Below, piece by piece: positions 25,940 through 35,558 of a stretch of 51,058 bases of DNA; position 1 is the first letter of the stretch; each line of letters opens with the position of its first letter. The notes below the pieces were generated by a model that was given only the letters and a program-made list of their open reading frames with translations, did no database searches and was not told the origin of the DNA. Both the position numbers and the translations under genes were made by a program. Source of the DNA: Myxococcota bacterium (GTDB lineage: Bacteria; Myxococcota_A; UBA796); assembly GCA_038520555.1 (NCBI GenBank), contig JBCBLB010000002.1:1-51058 (forward strand). Reading direction: 5' to 3'.

Positions 25940-26361
25940 GCACCCAGTCCGGCCGCCCCAGGATGAGCACTGCGCAGGCCGCCGCCCACCTCGGTATCTC
26001 CAAGCATACGCTCTTGCGATGGGCGCGGTGGTCTGAGAAGGAGGCCCGGATCCGCGTGCCTCGACGGTACAGGAGCCAGCGTTTTATCGTCTGGGGACCT
26101 CCGGCGGCGCTTGATCGGTGGGAAGAGGAGTTCAGCGAATGGCGTCTATCAGTCGCAAGAGAGGGAAGCGGATCATCCGCTGGCGATGCCCCGTCACCGG
26201 GAGGAACCGAAGCTACCAGCCGAAAGACCAGCGGCTCGACAACTGCCGGACGCTCAAGAAAGACATCGAGCGCGCCTGCGACGCCGGGATCAAATGGGTC
26301 CACCCGAGTGAGAGAGCACCTGCGATCCCTTCTCTCAGCCAAGCAATCGCCGACGTCCTGA
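25936..26361 (+). CDS. Excisionase-like HTH protein
   Basis: MSTAQAAAHLGISKHTLLRWAR; immediately upstream of and overlapping the integrase. Confidence 0.7.
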   Translation: MSTQSGRPRMSTAQAAAHLGISKHTLLRWARWSEKEARIRVPRRYRSQRFIVWGPPAALDRWEEEFSEWRLSVAREGSGSSAGDAPSPGGTEATSRKTSGSTTAGRSRKTSSAPATPGSNGSTRVREHLRSLLSAKQSPTS

Positions 26362-27365
26362 CCAACCGGGCCCGGCGACTCAAGGCGAGCACCCTGCAGC
26401 GCGTCGGCATCACCTATCTCCAGCTCCTGCAGTCTCTGGAAGAGGCCCATCCCGGCGAGCGCATCACGGTCCAACATCTCAGCCGCCAGGCGCTCTCGAA
26501 TCATTTTCAGTGGCTGCTGCAGCCGCGGCCGACCGAGTACACCGACCCCACGACGGGTCGGAAGCACACCCGGACCCGCACCTGCAGCCCGGCCACCGCA
26601 ACCAACCGGATCCGGGACCTGGAGGATCTGTGGCTGCGCATCCATGACCATGACGAACACGGCAAGCACACCCCCCTCCCCCGCCGGCTTCGGGATCTGC
26701 CGATCGTCAAGCGCCAGCGCCGGCCCGCCCCGAGCTGGGCACAAATGGACCAGGTGATCGCGGTGAGTCGCCCCGGCCGACAGGGTCGGGGGCGCTTCGG
26801 ATCCGAGGCGCTGTACCGGCAAGTTGTCCTGCAGCGCTTTCTTGGGCTGCGCGTCGACCAGGTCCAGCGGCTGCGGTGGACCGACCTGGACTGGCAGGGC
26901 CGGACGCTGACCATTCGGCCCGAGCTGGGTAAGAGCCAGCAGGAATCCCAGGGCCGCATCGTGCCTGTGAGCGCCCACCTGATCACAGAGATGGCGACGT
27001 GGGGGACACGCACGGGCGAGATCGTGGGGCGTCGAAGCAAGGCAACCGTCAACAAATCGACGCGGGCCGCGTGGAGGCGCGCGGGGGTGCCACCGGAGAT
27101 CTGGGATCGGGTCGGCGATCGGAAGGGTCAGCCCACCCACGCGTTTCGTCGCGGCTTCATCACGGGCCTGCGATCGGTCGGCGTAGACCTCACGCTGATC
27201 CATTATCTCGTGGGTCATCAAGACGACGACATCACCGACACCTACACCTATTGGGCGGCCATGGGCGAAATACTGCGGGGTGTAGTCGACCGCATACCAC
27301 CGCTCACTCAAGAGGAGGCGGACCAGGTGGTTCCGCTGACGGTCCGCAGAGGGGGTGCCGAGTGA
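26139..27365 (+). CDS. Tyrosine integrase
   Basis: GLRVDQV (R), HAFRR (HxxR), VGH, TYTY (Y); ATG 26139 after GAGGAG. Confidence 0.93.
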   Translation: MASISRKRGKRIIRWRCPVTGRNRSYQPKDQRLDNCRTLKKDIERACDAGIKWVHPSERAPAIPSLSQAIADVLTNRARRLKASTLQRVGITYLQLLQSLEEAHPGERITVQHLSRQALSNHFQWLLQPRPTEYTDPTTGRKHTRTRTCSPATATNRIRDLEDLWLRIHDHDEHGKHTPLPRRLRDLPIVKRQRRPAPSWAQMDQVIAVSRPGRQGRGRFGSEALYRQVVLQRFLGLRVDQVQRLRWTDLDWQGRTLTIRPELGKSQQESQGRIVPVSAHLITEMATWGTRTGEIVGRRSKATVNKSTRAAWRRAGVPPEIWDRVGDRKGQPTHAFRRGFITGLRSVGVDLTLIHYLVGHQDDDITDTYTYWAAMGEILRGVVDRIPPLTQEEADQVVPLTVRRGGAE

Positions 27366-27366
27366 G

Positions 27367-27423
27367 CTTGTTCCCCACCCGTTCCCCAAACGGCAGATCT
27401 GGGCCCGAAAAGTGGGGAACAAG
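27367..27423. repeat. Putative integrase arm-binding repeats
   Basis: GTTCCCCA at 27370 and 27381; perfect 12-bp inverted repeat CTTGTTCCCCAC (27367)/GTGGGGAACAAG (27412). Confidence 0.6.
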
Positions 27424-27618
27424 TCTCGTCAAAACAAAGGTTCAGGGTACCGAATCAGTGGATATTTTTGGGTTTGAGCCTACTACTGTGGCCAGCAGTT
27501 CGCCGTCACCATGCGCCGACACGCATCATGAGCGTTGGCGGTCGGCTACGACTCCATTAGTCCGGGAGTAGCTGGTTGCGCCAAACGCAACGAAGACCCC
27601 CTCACGCTCGGAGAACCG

Positions 27619-27711
27619 ATGGACATCACTGTTCTTCTCATTGCGGCGCCCGCCGCCATTATCATGCTTATCGGTGCGTATCGCTATTACCAGGATCAGA
27701 CCAGGTCCTGA
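27619..27711 (+). CDS. 30-aa single-TM peptide MDITVLLIAAPAAIIMLIGAYRYYQDQTRS
   Basis: GGAGA RBS; hydrophobic core then polar tail; below the ORF-track cutoff. Confidence 0.5.
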   Translation: MDITVLLIAAPAAIIMLIGAYRYYQDQTRS

Positions 27712-27763
27712 GATCTGCCGTCTGGGGCGCCGATGCGTCCGCTGACCGATACAATCGCATGCG

Positions 27764-29116
27764 ATGGACACGGCGCACCTCCGGGACCCGATCTGGCTAT
27801 ACCACCGGCTGACCGCCCTGGTCCTGCTCATCGCCTGGATCTCGCTGGGCAGCCAGATCCAGCTCCTGATCGGCGCCGATGGGCTGGCACCGATCGGAGA
27901 CCTCCTCGATCGCCTCCGTGACCATCCGGACATTGGCTTCTGGCGGTTCCCGACCCACCTGTGGCTGGAGCACAGCGACGCCACCCTGGTCGGCGGGTGC
28001 GTCGTCGGAGCGGTGATGGCGGCAGTCGCCCTGGTCGGCGTCCGTACCCGGCTGATGTTCGCCCTGAGCGCCCCGCTGTACCTGGGCCATCTGTACGGCG
28101 CGCAGACGTTCTTGAGCTTCCAGTGGGACAATCTGCTGGTCGAGATGACCGTCCTCGCCGCGATGCTGCCCGAAGACCGGCGGCGCCCATGGGCCCTCTG
28201 GGCGCACCGGCTGCTGCTGCTGAAGATCATGGTCGAATCGGGCATCGCCAAGTGGCAGTCCCACCTGGGCGACTGGCAGGACGGCTCGGCCATGGGCTTC
28301 TACTACGAGACCGCCCCGATCCCCGCCGCCCTGGGGTGGTGGTTCCACCACCTGCCCGCCGGGTGGCACCGGTTCGAGTCCTACTGGACGCTGTTTTTCG
28401 AGCTGATCGTCCCCTTCTTCGTCTTCTTCGGTCCCCTCCCCCGCAAGATCGCCGGCCTGATTTTCTTGGGGTTTCTGGTCGTGGACACCGCGACGGCCAA
28501 CTATGGATTTTTCACCCTCCAGACCGTCGCCCTCTGTGTGCTCCTGCTGGAGCCACCGCACCACACCGATCCCATCGAAGATCCGCCATGGAAGCGGTGG
28601 CTGGGGCGTGGGGTGTTCGGGCTGTGGCTGGGGCTGTCGGTGTTGGGGGGGCTGGCGCGATTTGCAGAGATCGATCCGTTGCCCGCGGTGCGAGAGGGCG
28701 CGCAGGTCTGGCGCGTGGCGAACAACTACCACCTGTTTGGCCACATCACCCAGAAACGAATCGAACCCGAGTTCCAGACGTTTGATGGTCAGGATTGGAC
28801 GGCGCACCACTTCTGGTATAAGCCGGGGCCGCTCGATCGGGCGCCGCCGTATGTGGCGCCGCATCAGCCACGGGTCGATTTCCGGCTCTGGTTCTACGGC
28901 CTGGGCTTCCAGCGCGGCGCGCCGGGCTATGTCCAGCGGCTGTTGGAGCAGATGTGTAGGAAGCCGTCAGCGGTGCAGCGGCTGTTTCCAGAGCCCTTGC
29001 CCGACGATCCCGTCGCAGTGCGGATCGTATACTGGGAGTACCAGTTCACGGAGACGGGACCGGACTGGTGGACCCGGACAGAGCGGGCGAAGACGGGCGT
29101 CATCGGCTGCCGCTGA
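27764..29116 (+). CDS. Lipase maturation factor (LMF) family membrane protein
   Basis: QIQLLIGADGLAP, FLSFQWDNLLVE, YYETAPIP, TANYGFF, APHQPRVDF motifs. Confidence 0.92.
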   Translation: MDTAHLRDPIWLYHRLTALVLLIAWISLGSQIQLLIGADGLAPIGDLLDRLRDHPDIGFWRFPTHLWLEHSDATLVGGCVVGAVMAAVALVGVRTRLMFALSAPLYLGHLYGAQTFLSFQWDNLLVEMTVLAAMLPEDRRRPWALWAHRLLLLKIMVESGIAKWQSHLGDWQDGSAMGFYYETAPIPAALGWWFHHLPAGWHRFESYWTLFFELIVPFFVFFGPLPRKIAGLIFLGFLVVDTATANYGFFTLQTVALCVLLLEPPHHTDPIEDPPWKRWLGRGVFGLWLGLSVLGGLARFAEIDPLPAVREGAQVWRVANNYHLFGHITQKRIEPEFQTFDGQDWTAHHFWYKPGPLDRAPPYVAPHQPRVDFRLWFYGLGFQRGAPGYVQRLLEQMCRKPSAVQRLFPEPLPDDPVAVRIVYWEYQFTETGPDWWTRTERAKTGVIGCR

Positions 29117-29812
29117 TCAGATCACCCAGTGATACCAGGCCCAGAGCAGATAGAGATGTCCGGCGTAGAAGCCGTAATAAAACCACCCGGGTGGCCTGGG
29201 CACGGCCAGCGGGCGGGCGAGCAGGCGCCATGCGACCGGGGCCGCGAAGAGGGCGGCCAGGTTCAAGACCATGATGTCCGGGTCGAGGTTGAGGTTGGCG
29301 ACGAGGGCGAGCGGCCCACACGCCCCGGCGGCGGCGAGGGGTCGCCTTCGGGCGATGGCGGCGAGGGTGGGGACCATCAGGACGCCGGGGACGCCGAACT
29401 CACAGAAGGGGCTCACGGCAACGGCGATGAGGCCGGGGAGCAGCGCGCGTTGTTGAATCAGCGCATCGATGGCTGCGCCGGCGGCGAGGGTAAACAGGAT
29501 GTTCAGCGTCCACCACTCGACGTCGGCGACGACGATAAAGGCGGGCTGCGCGAGCAGCCCCCAGGGCAGCATCCGGCGCAGGTACTTCGACCACAGCGGC
29601 GGGCTCTGGGCCAGCCGCAGCCCGGCGATGAGGGCGAACAGCGGCAGGGCGAGCCGCCCGGCGGCATGCAGCGGCTCCATCCACCACCACAGCACGATCT
29701 TACCGAGGTGATCGAGGACCATCGACGCCAGGGCGAGGACCTTGATGGCCTCCAGTCGTCGATGGATCGGTGCGGATCGGATACCTTCATCCTTCGAGGA
29801 GGAATCGATCAT
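29117..29812 (-). CDS. TraX-family membrane acyltransferase-like protein
   Basis: EAIKVLALASMVLDH, GRLALPLFA, NILFTL, FYYGFYAGHL. Confidence 0.8.
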   Translation of the reverse strand: MIDSSSKDEGIRSAPIHRRLEAIKVLALASMVLDHLGKIVLWWWMEPLHAAGRLALPLFALIAGLRLAQSPPLWSKYLRRMLPWGLLAQPAFIVVADVEWWTLNILFTLAAGAAIDALIQQRALLPGLIAVAVSPFCEFGVPGVLMVPTLAAIARRRPLAAAGACGPLALVANLNLDPDIMVLNLAALFAAPVAWRLLARPLAVPRPPGWFYYGFYAGHLYLLWAWYHWVI

Positions 29813-30218
29813 GCAGAGTCGTCGCTGGTTTCTGGGAAGTGTGGCCGCAATGGCCCTGATGGCGCCGCGGTGGTCGTTCGCCATGCAGAATATCAAGTGC
29901 GTCGTGGTCGATCGCAAGCTGCGGGCGGAGTGGACCGAGGGCGCGTCTGTGTTTTTGGAGCGGACGACGGGCGCCATCGAATCGGTGAAGACCGAAGCGG
30001 GCCTGCCCCCCCGGTACTCCGACAGGCTCCAGGGCTTCATTCAGACGACGCGAGAGACCGGCGAGCGGATCGAGACGCCGGAGCTTCGGGAGACGTTCGG
30101 CCGGGTGGCGCGCAACCTGTCAGAGAACGCGGAGCGGTTGAAGGGTGCCCGTCAAGCAGCGGGTCGGCTGGAGGCGCTCCAGAACATTCGGCGCATCCTG
30201 AAAAAGCACATCTCCTGA
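29811..30218 (+). CDS. Secreted protein with Tat-like signal
   Basis: MQSRRWFLG twin-arginine motif; GAGGAGG RBS. Confidence 0.65.
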   Translation: MQSRRWFLGSVAAMALMAPRWSFAMQNIKCVVVDRKLRAEWTEGASVFLERTTGAIESVKTEAGLPPRYSDRLQGFIQTTRETGERIETPELRETFGRVARNLSENAERLKGARQAAGRLEALQNIRRILKKHIS

Positions 30219-30222
30219 TCCC

Positions 30223-32682
30223 TTACGGGTTGGAGACGACTTCTCCGTCGGCTTCGATGGCTTCGGGCTCCGGGACGTCGAGGAGCTGGCCGGGCAGGGG
30301 CGGACCGTTCTTGACGAAGTCGGGCAGATCGTCGTCTTCGCGGGCGGCCTGGTACCACTGATACATGGCGCTCTGGGCGTGGTAGACGTAGTCGATGCGC
30401 ACCTTGGTCTCGTTCATCGCATAGCGGATGCCGCCGTTATGCTCGTCGGGGCGGGAGAATCCGTAGGTGTTGTACTGGTTGTACTGCATCTGCAGGGCAA
30501 ACCGCATGGTCTCGCGGGTGGCCTTCTCGAAGAAGGGGGACTGCTCGGGGGCCATCCGCTCGGCCATCTGGTAGGCCGCGGCGGTGCCTTCGGCGTAGCA
30601 GAAGGCCTGCATCGCCGGCAGCTCCCCCTCCATCTTGTAATATCCGCCCACATAGTCGGGGAAGGGGGCGTTTTCCGCGGTCCACTCGTATGACTCGATC
30701 ATCCAGCGGGCGACGTCCAGGCCGAACTCGGCGACGTCCTCATCGCCGGTGCGGCGGTGGTAGGCGTTGGCGGCCATGACGGTCCAGGGCCCGAACTGCA
30801 CCAGCTCCAGCCGGGTCTCGTTGGTGTACAGGTGCATCGGAGCCGGAGCGTCGGGGGCGGACTTCGCTGCCCGCTCCGCAAACCAGGGCTTGTAGTAGGT
30901 CCAGTACGCCGGCAGCCGGTTGATCCAGAAGTCGTCGTCGAAGTAGTCGGCCAGCGTGACCAGGGCGAGCGCCGCCTCGCCGGGGACGATGTCGTTCTTC
31001 TGCTCATAGTAGGGGTGGTTCTCAGGCACATAGTACGCCCGGAAAGTGCCATCCCGAAGCTGCATAAACTTGATGAACCGCCCCATCTCGATGAGCTGCT
31101 CGTCCCACTCGTGCGAGCCGGTCATCCGGGCGAGGTCGATCATGCCGAGCATGTTGACGACGACGCTGCCGAGCTTCTGGTTGTTGTTGTAGGTGTAGTA
31201 GGCCATCTGCCCCTCGACATCGAGCAGATCAGACTCACACCACGCCATCCGCGCGCAGGCCTGCTGGACGTCTTCCCGCTTCAGGTGGGCGTTGGTGAAG
31301 GCGAGCGCCCGCTTGGATCCGTCCAGAAACTCCGGCCGGGGGTCGAGGTCATAGGCCTGAACCAGGTTCCAGGTCGCCAGGGTGTGGCGGACGAAGTTGT
31401 ATTCGTTGGAGTACCGGTTCTCGGACGGCCAGACCTTATAGGTGACCTGTCCGTTGTCCTTGAGGTTGGACAGATACCACTCGCCCGCGGCGACGATCCC
31501 GTCCCGGACGGCAGCGATGGAGACCCGCTCATAGGGGATCATCGTGGCGCCGCGGTACAGGGCGGTGACCTGACCGTCGGCGTTGAGCCGATAGTGCTGG
31601 GTGCGGAACAGCTCGAACCACGCTTCACGCGCCCGCCAGGGGCGCTTCTCGCTCATGTGCCCCACGTCCGCGGCGTGCCGGAGGAACCGATCGGGCTCCC
31701 GGATGGCGCGGGTGTAGGCCGAAGCACCGGGCAGCACCCCCCGCTCGATCTTCTTCTTGCCGCCGTTGTCCAGGGTTCGGAGGATATAGGCCCCGTCGAT
31801 GCCCACCTCCCACAGGCGGGTGATGGTCGCGTCATCGCGCGGCTCGATGTAGGCGCGCTCGTAGACGTAGTGCAGCTCGATGGTCAGCCCATCGTTGATG
31901 TGCTGCTCGATCGGCGGGAAGCCCAGCAGCTCAATGTTGCGGCGGTAGCCGACCTCCAGATCGTCGGCCAGCTCGTTGAGGGCGCCCTGAAGCCTCGGGT
32001 GCCGGGCAAGGGCGGTGACCATCTCCTTGCCCTGCCCACGCAGCGTCGCCACCAGCGTCCAGGCGCCCAGCGGCGGCTGGATGTTCGGGATCGTCGGTGT
32101 GGGCCTCCCCGATATCCGGTTCTTGAGGTACTGGAAGCTGAGCGCGGCAAGCTGCGGCGGGAAGCTCGGCGCCTGCTTGACAACCAGATACGCATACAGC
32201 CCATCGGTCACCCGCAGCAGCCGGAAGTACGACAGGTGGTGGTGGTTGTACAGCCGCGAGACCACCGACGCGTCCCGATCCAACGTCGCCGCGATGTCCG
32301 AATGGAGCAAAATGATCCGGGCGTTCTTCTCGATCAGGAGCTTCGCGGCCGCTTCCTCATCCGTACCCATCAGCGCTTCGCGCACCGCCGGATCCTGGAA
32401 CAGGGCCCCGCTCTTCATCGCATCGGGCAGGCCCTGGACCTTGTCGGGGGCGTCGATGAACACCGCGGTGTCCGTCCCCTTCATCGCGGACTGGAGGACC
32501 TCAACGGCTTCGTTGGAGAGCATCGGAGCCCCGACCCCAGCGATCGCTTGCGTCAGGCGATCGCTGTTGTCGGCCCCTTCATAGATCTTGCCTTCTTCGG
32601 TATACGCCGTGACGTTCGGATCGCAGGCCGAGAGATGCGTCAAACTGGCCAGCGCGGTCCAGAGGAGGAGCTGTGATTTCAT
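30223..32682 (-). CDS. Large lipoprotein with C-terminal alpha/alpha-toroid-like domain
   Basis: Signal ending LSAC; YNFVRH, QKLG, PGEAALAL, VRIDYVYH motifs. Confidence 0.7.
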   Translation of the reverse strand: MKSQLLLWTALASLTHLSACDPNVTAYTEEGKIYEGADNSDRLTQAIAGVGAPMLSNEAVEVLQSAMKGTDTAVFIDAPDKVQGLPDAMKSGALFQDPAVREALMGTDEEAAAKLLIEKNARIILLHSDIAATLDRDASVVSRLYNHHHLSYFRLLRVTDGLYAYLVVKQAPSFPPQLAALSFQYLKNRISGRPTPTIPNIQPPLGAWTLVATLRGQGKEMVTALARHPRLQGALNELADDLEVGYRRNIELLGFPPIEQHINDGLTIELHYVYERAYIEPRDDATITRLWEVGIDGAYILRTLDNGGKKKIERGVLPGASAYTRAIREPDRFLRHAADVGHMSEKRPWRAREAWFELFRTQHYRLNADGQVTALYRGATMIPYERVSIAAVRDGIVAAGEWYLSNLKDNGQVTYKVWPSENRYSNEYNFVRHTLATWNLVQAYDLDPRPEFLDGSKRALAFTNAHLKREDVQQACARMAWCESDLLDVEGQMAYYTYNNNQKLGSVVVNMLGMIDLARMTGSHEWDEQLIEMGRFIKFMQLRDGTFRAYYVPENHPYYEQKNDIVPGEAALALVTLADYFDDDFWINRLPAYWTYYKPWFAERAAKSAPDAPAPMHLYTNETRLELVQFGPWTVMAANAYHRRTGDEDVAEFGLDVARWMIESYEWTAENAPFPDYVGGYYKMEGELPAMQAFCYAEGTAAAYQMAERMAPEQSPFFEKATRETMRFALQMQYNQYNTYGFSRPDEHNGGIRYAMNETKVRIDYVYHAQSAMYQWYQAAREDDDLPDFVKNGPPLPGQLLDVPEPEAIEADGEVVSNP

Positions 32683-32908
32683 CGTCGCCTGTGGATGAGG
32701 ATGGGGTGCCCGATGCGTAAGCCTATCCGAACTATCCCCACCACCGCATCCCTTCAATCCACTCCACGGATCATGCTCACGGCAACGCGATCGGATCACC
32801 GTCCAGGGTCCGCGTGACGTTCCCCATGATGCCCACAGGTCAAGCCATCACGCTGGAGAAGGATCCTTGACGGTCTCCGGAAGAGCCAATAAGAGTCGAA
32901 GGCCTTGT

Positions 32909-33412
<504 letters not shown>

Positions 33413-33428
33413 CGGCCCTACATCTTCC

Positions 33429-33887
33429 TCAGTCGTTTTTGGACTGATAGGGGTTGGTGAGGACGATGCGTTTGAAGTCGGCGATTTCGCGGCGCAGCCT
33501 GACGAGGCGGCCGCGAAGGTCACGGAGCTGTGAGTAGTCGATGGTCCGGGTCGGCCGATTGGCTTCGTTGAGGACGCGGCGGGCACCGGCGATGGTGTAG
33601 CCTTCTTCATGCAGCAGATGCTTGATGCGCATGAAGGTCGAGACCTCGATCTTCCGATACAGGCGCTGACCTGAAGCGGAGCGGTGAGGGTTGAGCTTGA
33701 ACTCGCTCTCCCAGTAGCGGACGACGTGGGTGTCGACCCCCAACATCGAGGCGACTTCACCGATCCGGAAGTACAGCTTCTCTGGAGGGGCCGGTGTATC
33801 GGCGTTGCGCTGCGATCGTTTGGTTGGGTCCGCCACGTTCCGGCGCTCCTTGTCGGGTTGCCCTTCAGGAGGCATTGTAGCCGACAA
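33429..33887 (-). CDS. MerR-family regulator (ihfA-associated type)
   Basis: PEKLYFRIGEVA...HVVRYWESEF...IKHLLHEEGYTIAGA. Confidence 0.92.
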   Translation of the reverse strand: MSATMPPEGQPDKERRNVADPTKRSQRNADTPAPPEKLYFRIGEVASMLGVDTHVVRYWESEFKLNPHRSASGQRLYRKIEVSTFMRIKHLLHEEGYTIAGARRVLNEANRPTRTIDYSQLRDLRGRLVRLRREIADFKRIVLTNPYQSKND

Positions 33888-33902
33888 CGCCCCAACGTCG
33901 AG

Positions 33903-34202
33903 TCATCGATCGGGGTTGAGGGCCTGGCGCAGCCGCTGGGAGGGCTTGAAGGTCAGCACCCGCCGGCGGGCGATGATCAGCTTCTCACCGGTATGAGGGT
34001 TCCGGCCGCGACGGGCCGACTTGTCGCGGACGACAAAGCTGCCGAAGGCCGGGATCTTGACCTTCTCCCCCTCCAGCAGCGCCTGGCGCATCAGGTCGAG
34101 GACGTCGTCGACCAGCTCGCCGGCGTCCTTCTTGGAGATCCCGATCTGGTGGTTGATGTGGTCGGCGAGAGAGGCTTTGGTCAGCGTGGGTCCGCTGCTC
34201 AT
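33903..34202 (-). CDS. ihfA: Integration host factor alpha
   Basis: TLTKASL...FGSFVVRDKSARRGRNPHTGE...RRVLTFKPSQ. Confidence 0.92.
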   Translation of the reverse strand: MSSGPTLTKASLADHINHQIGISKKDAGELVDDVLDLMRQALLEGEKVKIPAFGSFVVRDKSARRGRNPHTGEKLIIARRRVLTFKPSQRLRQALNPDR

Positions 34203-34203
34203 G

Positions 34204-34677
34204 TCATTGACCTGTGTCTTCTCCGGTCACGATGATCGTCCCGACGAGTTGTTGCAAGACCACTTCAAATGTGTCGGTTCGAACTTCGTCTTCCGCGCCC
34301 TGGCTGACGAGGGTGAGCTGCCAGAACCCTTCGTCAGCGCTGTCGCCCTGAAGGGAATAGGTGTCGTTGCCCCGGTCTGGCGAAGCGGTCCGGACCTGGA
34401 CGCGCTGGACGGCGTCTTCATAGTCATCGAACACTTCAACGGACAGGGTGTGCTCAGTGCCCACCGGCCCGCCGCTGGGATCAACCGTGGCCTGCCCCAC
34501 AACAACCTGCCCGGTCGAGCTGGTCAGCTCGATCGTAGACGGGTCCATCAGGGCTGCCGCACCGACTTCGATGCTCAGCGTGGGATCATCGACATTGTTG
34601 AACCGCTCGTACTCCTCAACGGTCTCGGGGGTGCAGCCCCCGAGGGCGAGCAGCGAGAGCAGCCCAGCGCGTGCCAT
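34204..34677 (-). CDS. Hypothetical lipoprotein
   Basis: MARAGLLSLLALGGC lipobox; start overlaps the rplT stop. Confidence 0.7.
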   Translation of the reverse strand: MARAGLLSLLALGGCTPETVEEYERFNNVDDPTLSIEVGAAALMDPSTIELTSSTGQVVVGQATVDPSGGPVGTEHTLSVEVFDDYEDAVQRVQVRTASPDRGNDTYSLQGDSADEGFWQLTLVSQGAEDEVRTDTFEVVLQQLVGTIIVTGEDTGQ

Positions 34678-35036
34678 CACGCCGCCAAAGCTTCCCGGGC
34701 GCGCTCGACGAGGGCGCCAAACGCAGCCTGATCGTGGATGGCCAGCTCGGAGAGCATCTTCCGGTTGATCTGGATGTTCGCCTTGTCCAGGCCGTGGATG
34801 AGCCGGCTGTACGACAGGCCATGCATCTTGGTCGCCGCCGAGATGCGGGTGATCCACAAGCGACGGAAGTGGCGCTTGCGCTGCTTGCGGCCGACGTATG
34901 CGTTGGTGCGTGCCTTGATGACCGCTTCGGTGGTCTGGCGGATGGTGTTGTTGCGCGCGAGGAAGAACCCCTTCGAGCGACGAAAGAGCTTCTTGATGCG
35001 GCGCTTGCGGATCTGTGCGCGCTTGATGCGTGCCAT
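34677..35036 (-). CDS. rplT: 50S ribosomal protein L20
   Basis: RKQRKRHFRRLWITRISAA...YSRLIHGL...NRKMLSELAI. Confidence 0.98.
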   Translation of the reverse strand: MARIKRAQIRKRRIKKLFRRSKGFFLARNNTIRQTTEAVIKARTNAYVGRKQRKRHFRRLWITRISAATKMHGLSYSRLIHGLDKANIQINRKMLSELAIHDQAAFGALVERAREALAA

Positions 35037-35143
35037 GGGTGACTCCTTGTCTCATCAAACCGCTTCCCAGGTGTTCGGGTTCAGCCTTCTGACCCGTCAA
35101 CGGTGGCGGTGAGTCCGTGAACAGTTGAGGAAGAGGGTGTGGG

Positions 35144-35341
35144 CTACTTCTTGCCCAGCATGCGCTTGACGTGCTCAGCGTCCTGCGGCTGAAGGTAGCC
35201 GGTCTTGCGGAGGTTCCGCTTCAACTTGCTGTTCTTCTTGGTCAGGATGTGGCGCATCTTTGAGCGCTTGAACTTGACCTTGCCGGTGCCGGTCAGCTTG
35301 AAGCGCTTCTTGGCACCCGAGTGGGTCTTCTGCTTCGGCAT
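35144..35341 (-). CDS. rpmI: 50S ribosomal protein L35
   Basis: [23 protein letters not shown]. Confidence 0.98.
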   Translation of the reverse strand: MPKQKTHSGAKKRFKLTGTGKVKFKRSKMRHILTKKNSKLKRNLRKTGYLQPQDAEHVKRMLGKK

Positions 35342-35378
35342 TGTTTCGATCTCCAGGGGGCGTCCTGTGACGTAAGGG

Positions 35379-35405
35379 AGCCCGGTAGCGTTGCACTACC
35401 GGGCT
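35379..35405 (-). promoter_or_regulatory. 10-bp hairpin in the rpmI leader (possible L20 leader element or tRNA processing/termination stem)
   Basis: AGCCCGGTAG/CTACCGGGCT inverted repeat. Confidence 0.35.
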
Positions 35406-35445
35406 GCCTGAGAAGGGCTCCGGGAGGGTGCCCTCGTCGAAGGAG

Positions 35446-35519
35446 TTGGAATGAGCGGACTTGAACCGCTGACCCCCGCCGTGTCAGGACGGTGCTCTAG
35501 CCAACTGAGCTACATTCCA
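35446..35519 (-). tRNA. tRNA-Val (GAC)
   Basis: TGGAATG/CATTCCA acceptor, CCGTC-CTGACAC-GGCGG anticodon arm, AGCGG-TTCAAGT-CCGCT T arm. Confidence 0.95.
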
Positions 35520-35558
35520 TCAGACGTTCCGTCATCTAATCCCTTCCAGACCAAACCG

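Larger units (their letters stand above)
1..27423. mobile_element. Integrated temperate tailed (siphovirus-like) prophage, right part; left end outside the window
   Basis: Contiguous tail, head, packaging, replication, cro/repressor, xis and integrase modules with overlapping start/stop codons; host genes begin after ~27.7 kb; exact att core not identified. Confidence 0.95.

Noticed and set aside
25680-27422. 580-aa minus-strand ORF
   Set aside because: Shadow of the integrase
27439-27600. 6S RNA, tmRNA or tRNA as the integration target
   Set aside because: A TTGAGCC segment is 6S-like, but the matching GGTTCA lies upstream rather than downstream, the rod is short, the zapA/ygfA context is absent, and there is no cloverleaf or tmRNA end
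29117-29812. Conjugative element inferred from the TraX-like gene
   Set aside because: No other tra, relaxase or T4SS genes; solo chromosomal TraX-family genes are common
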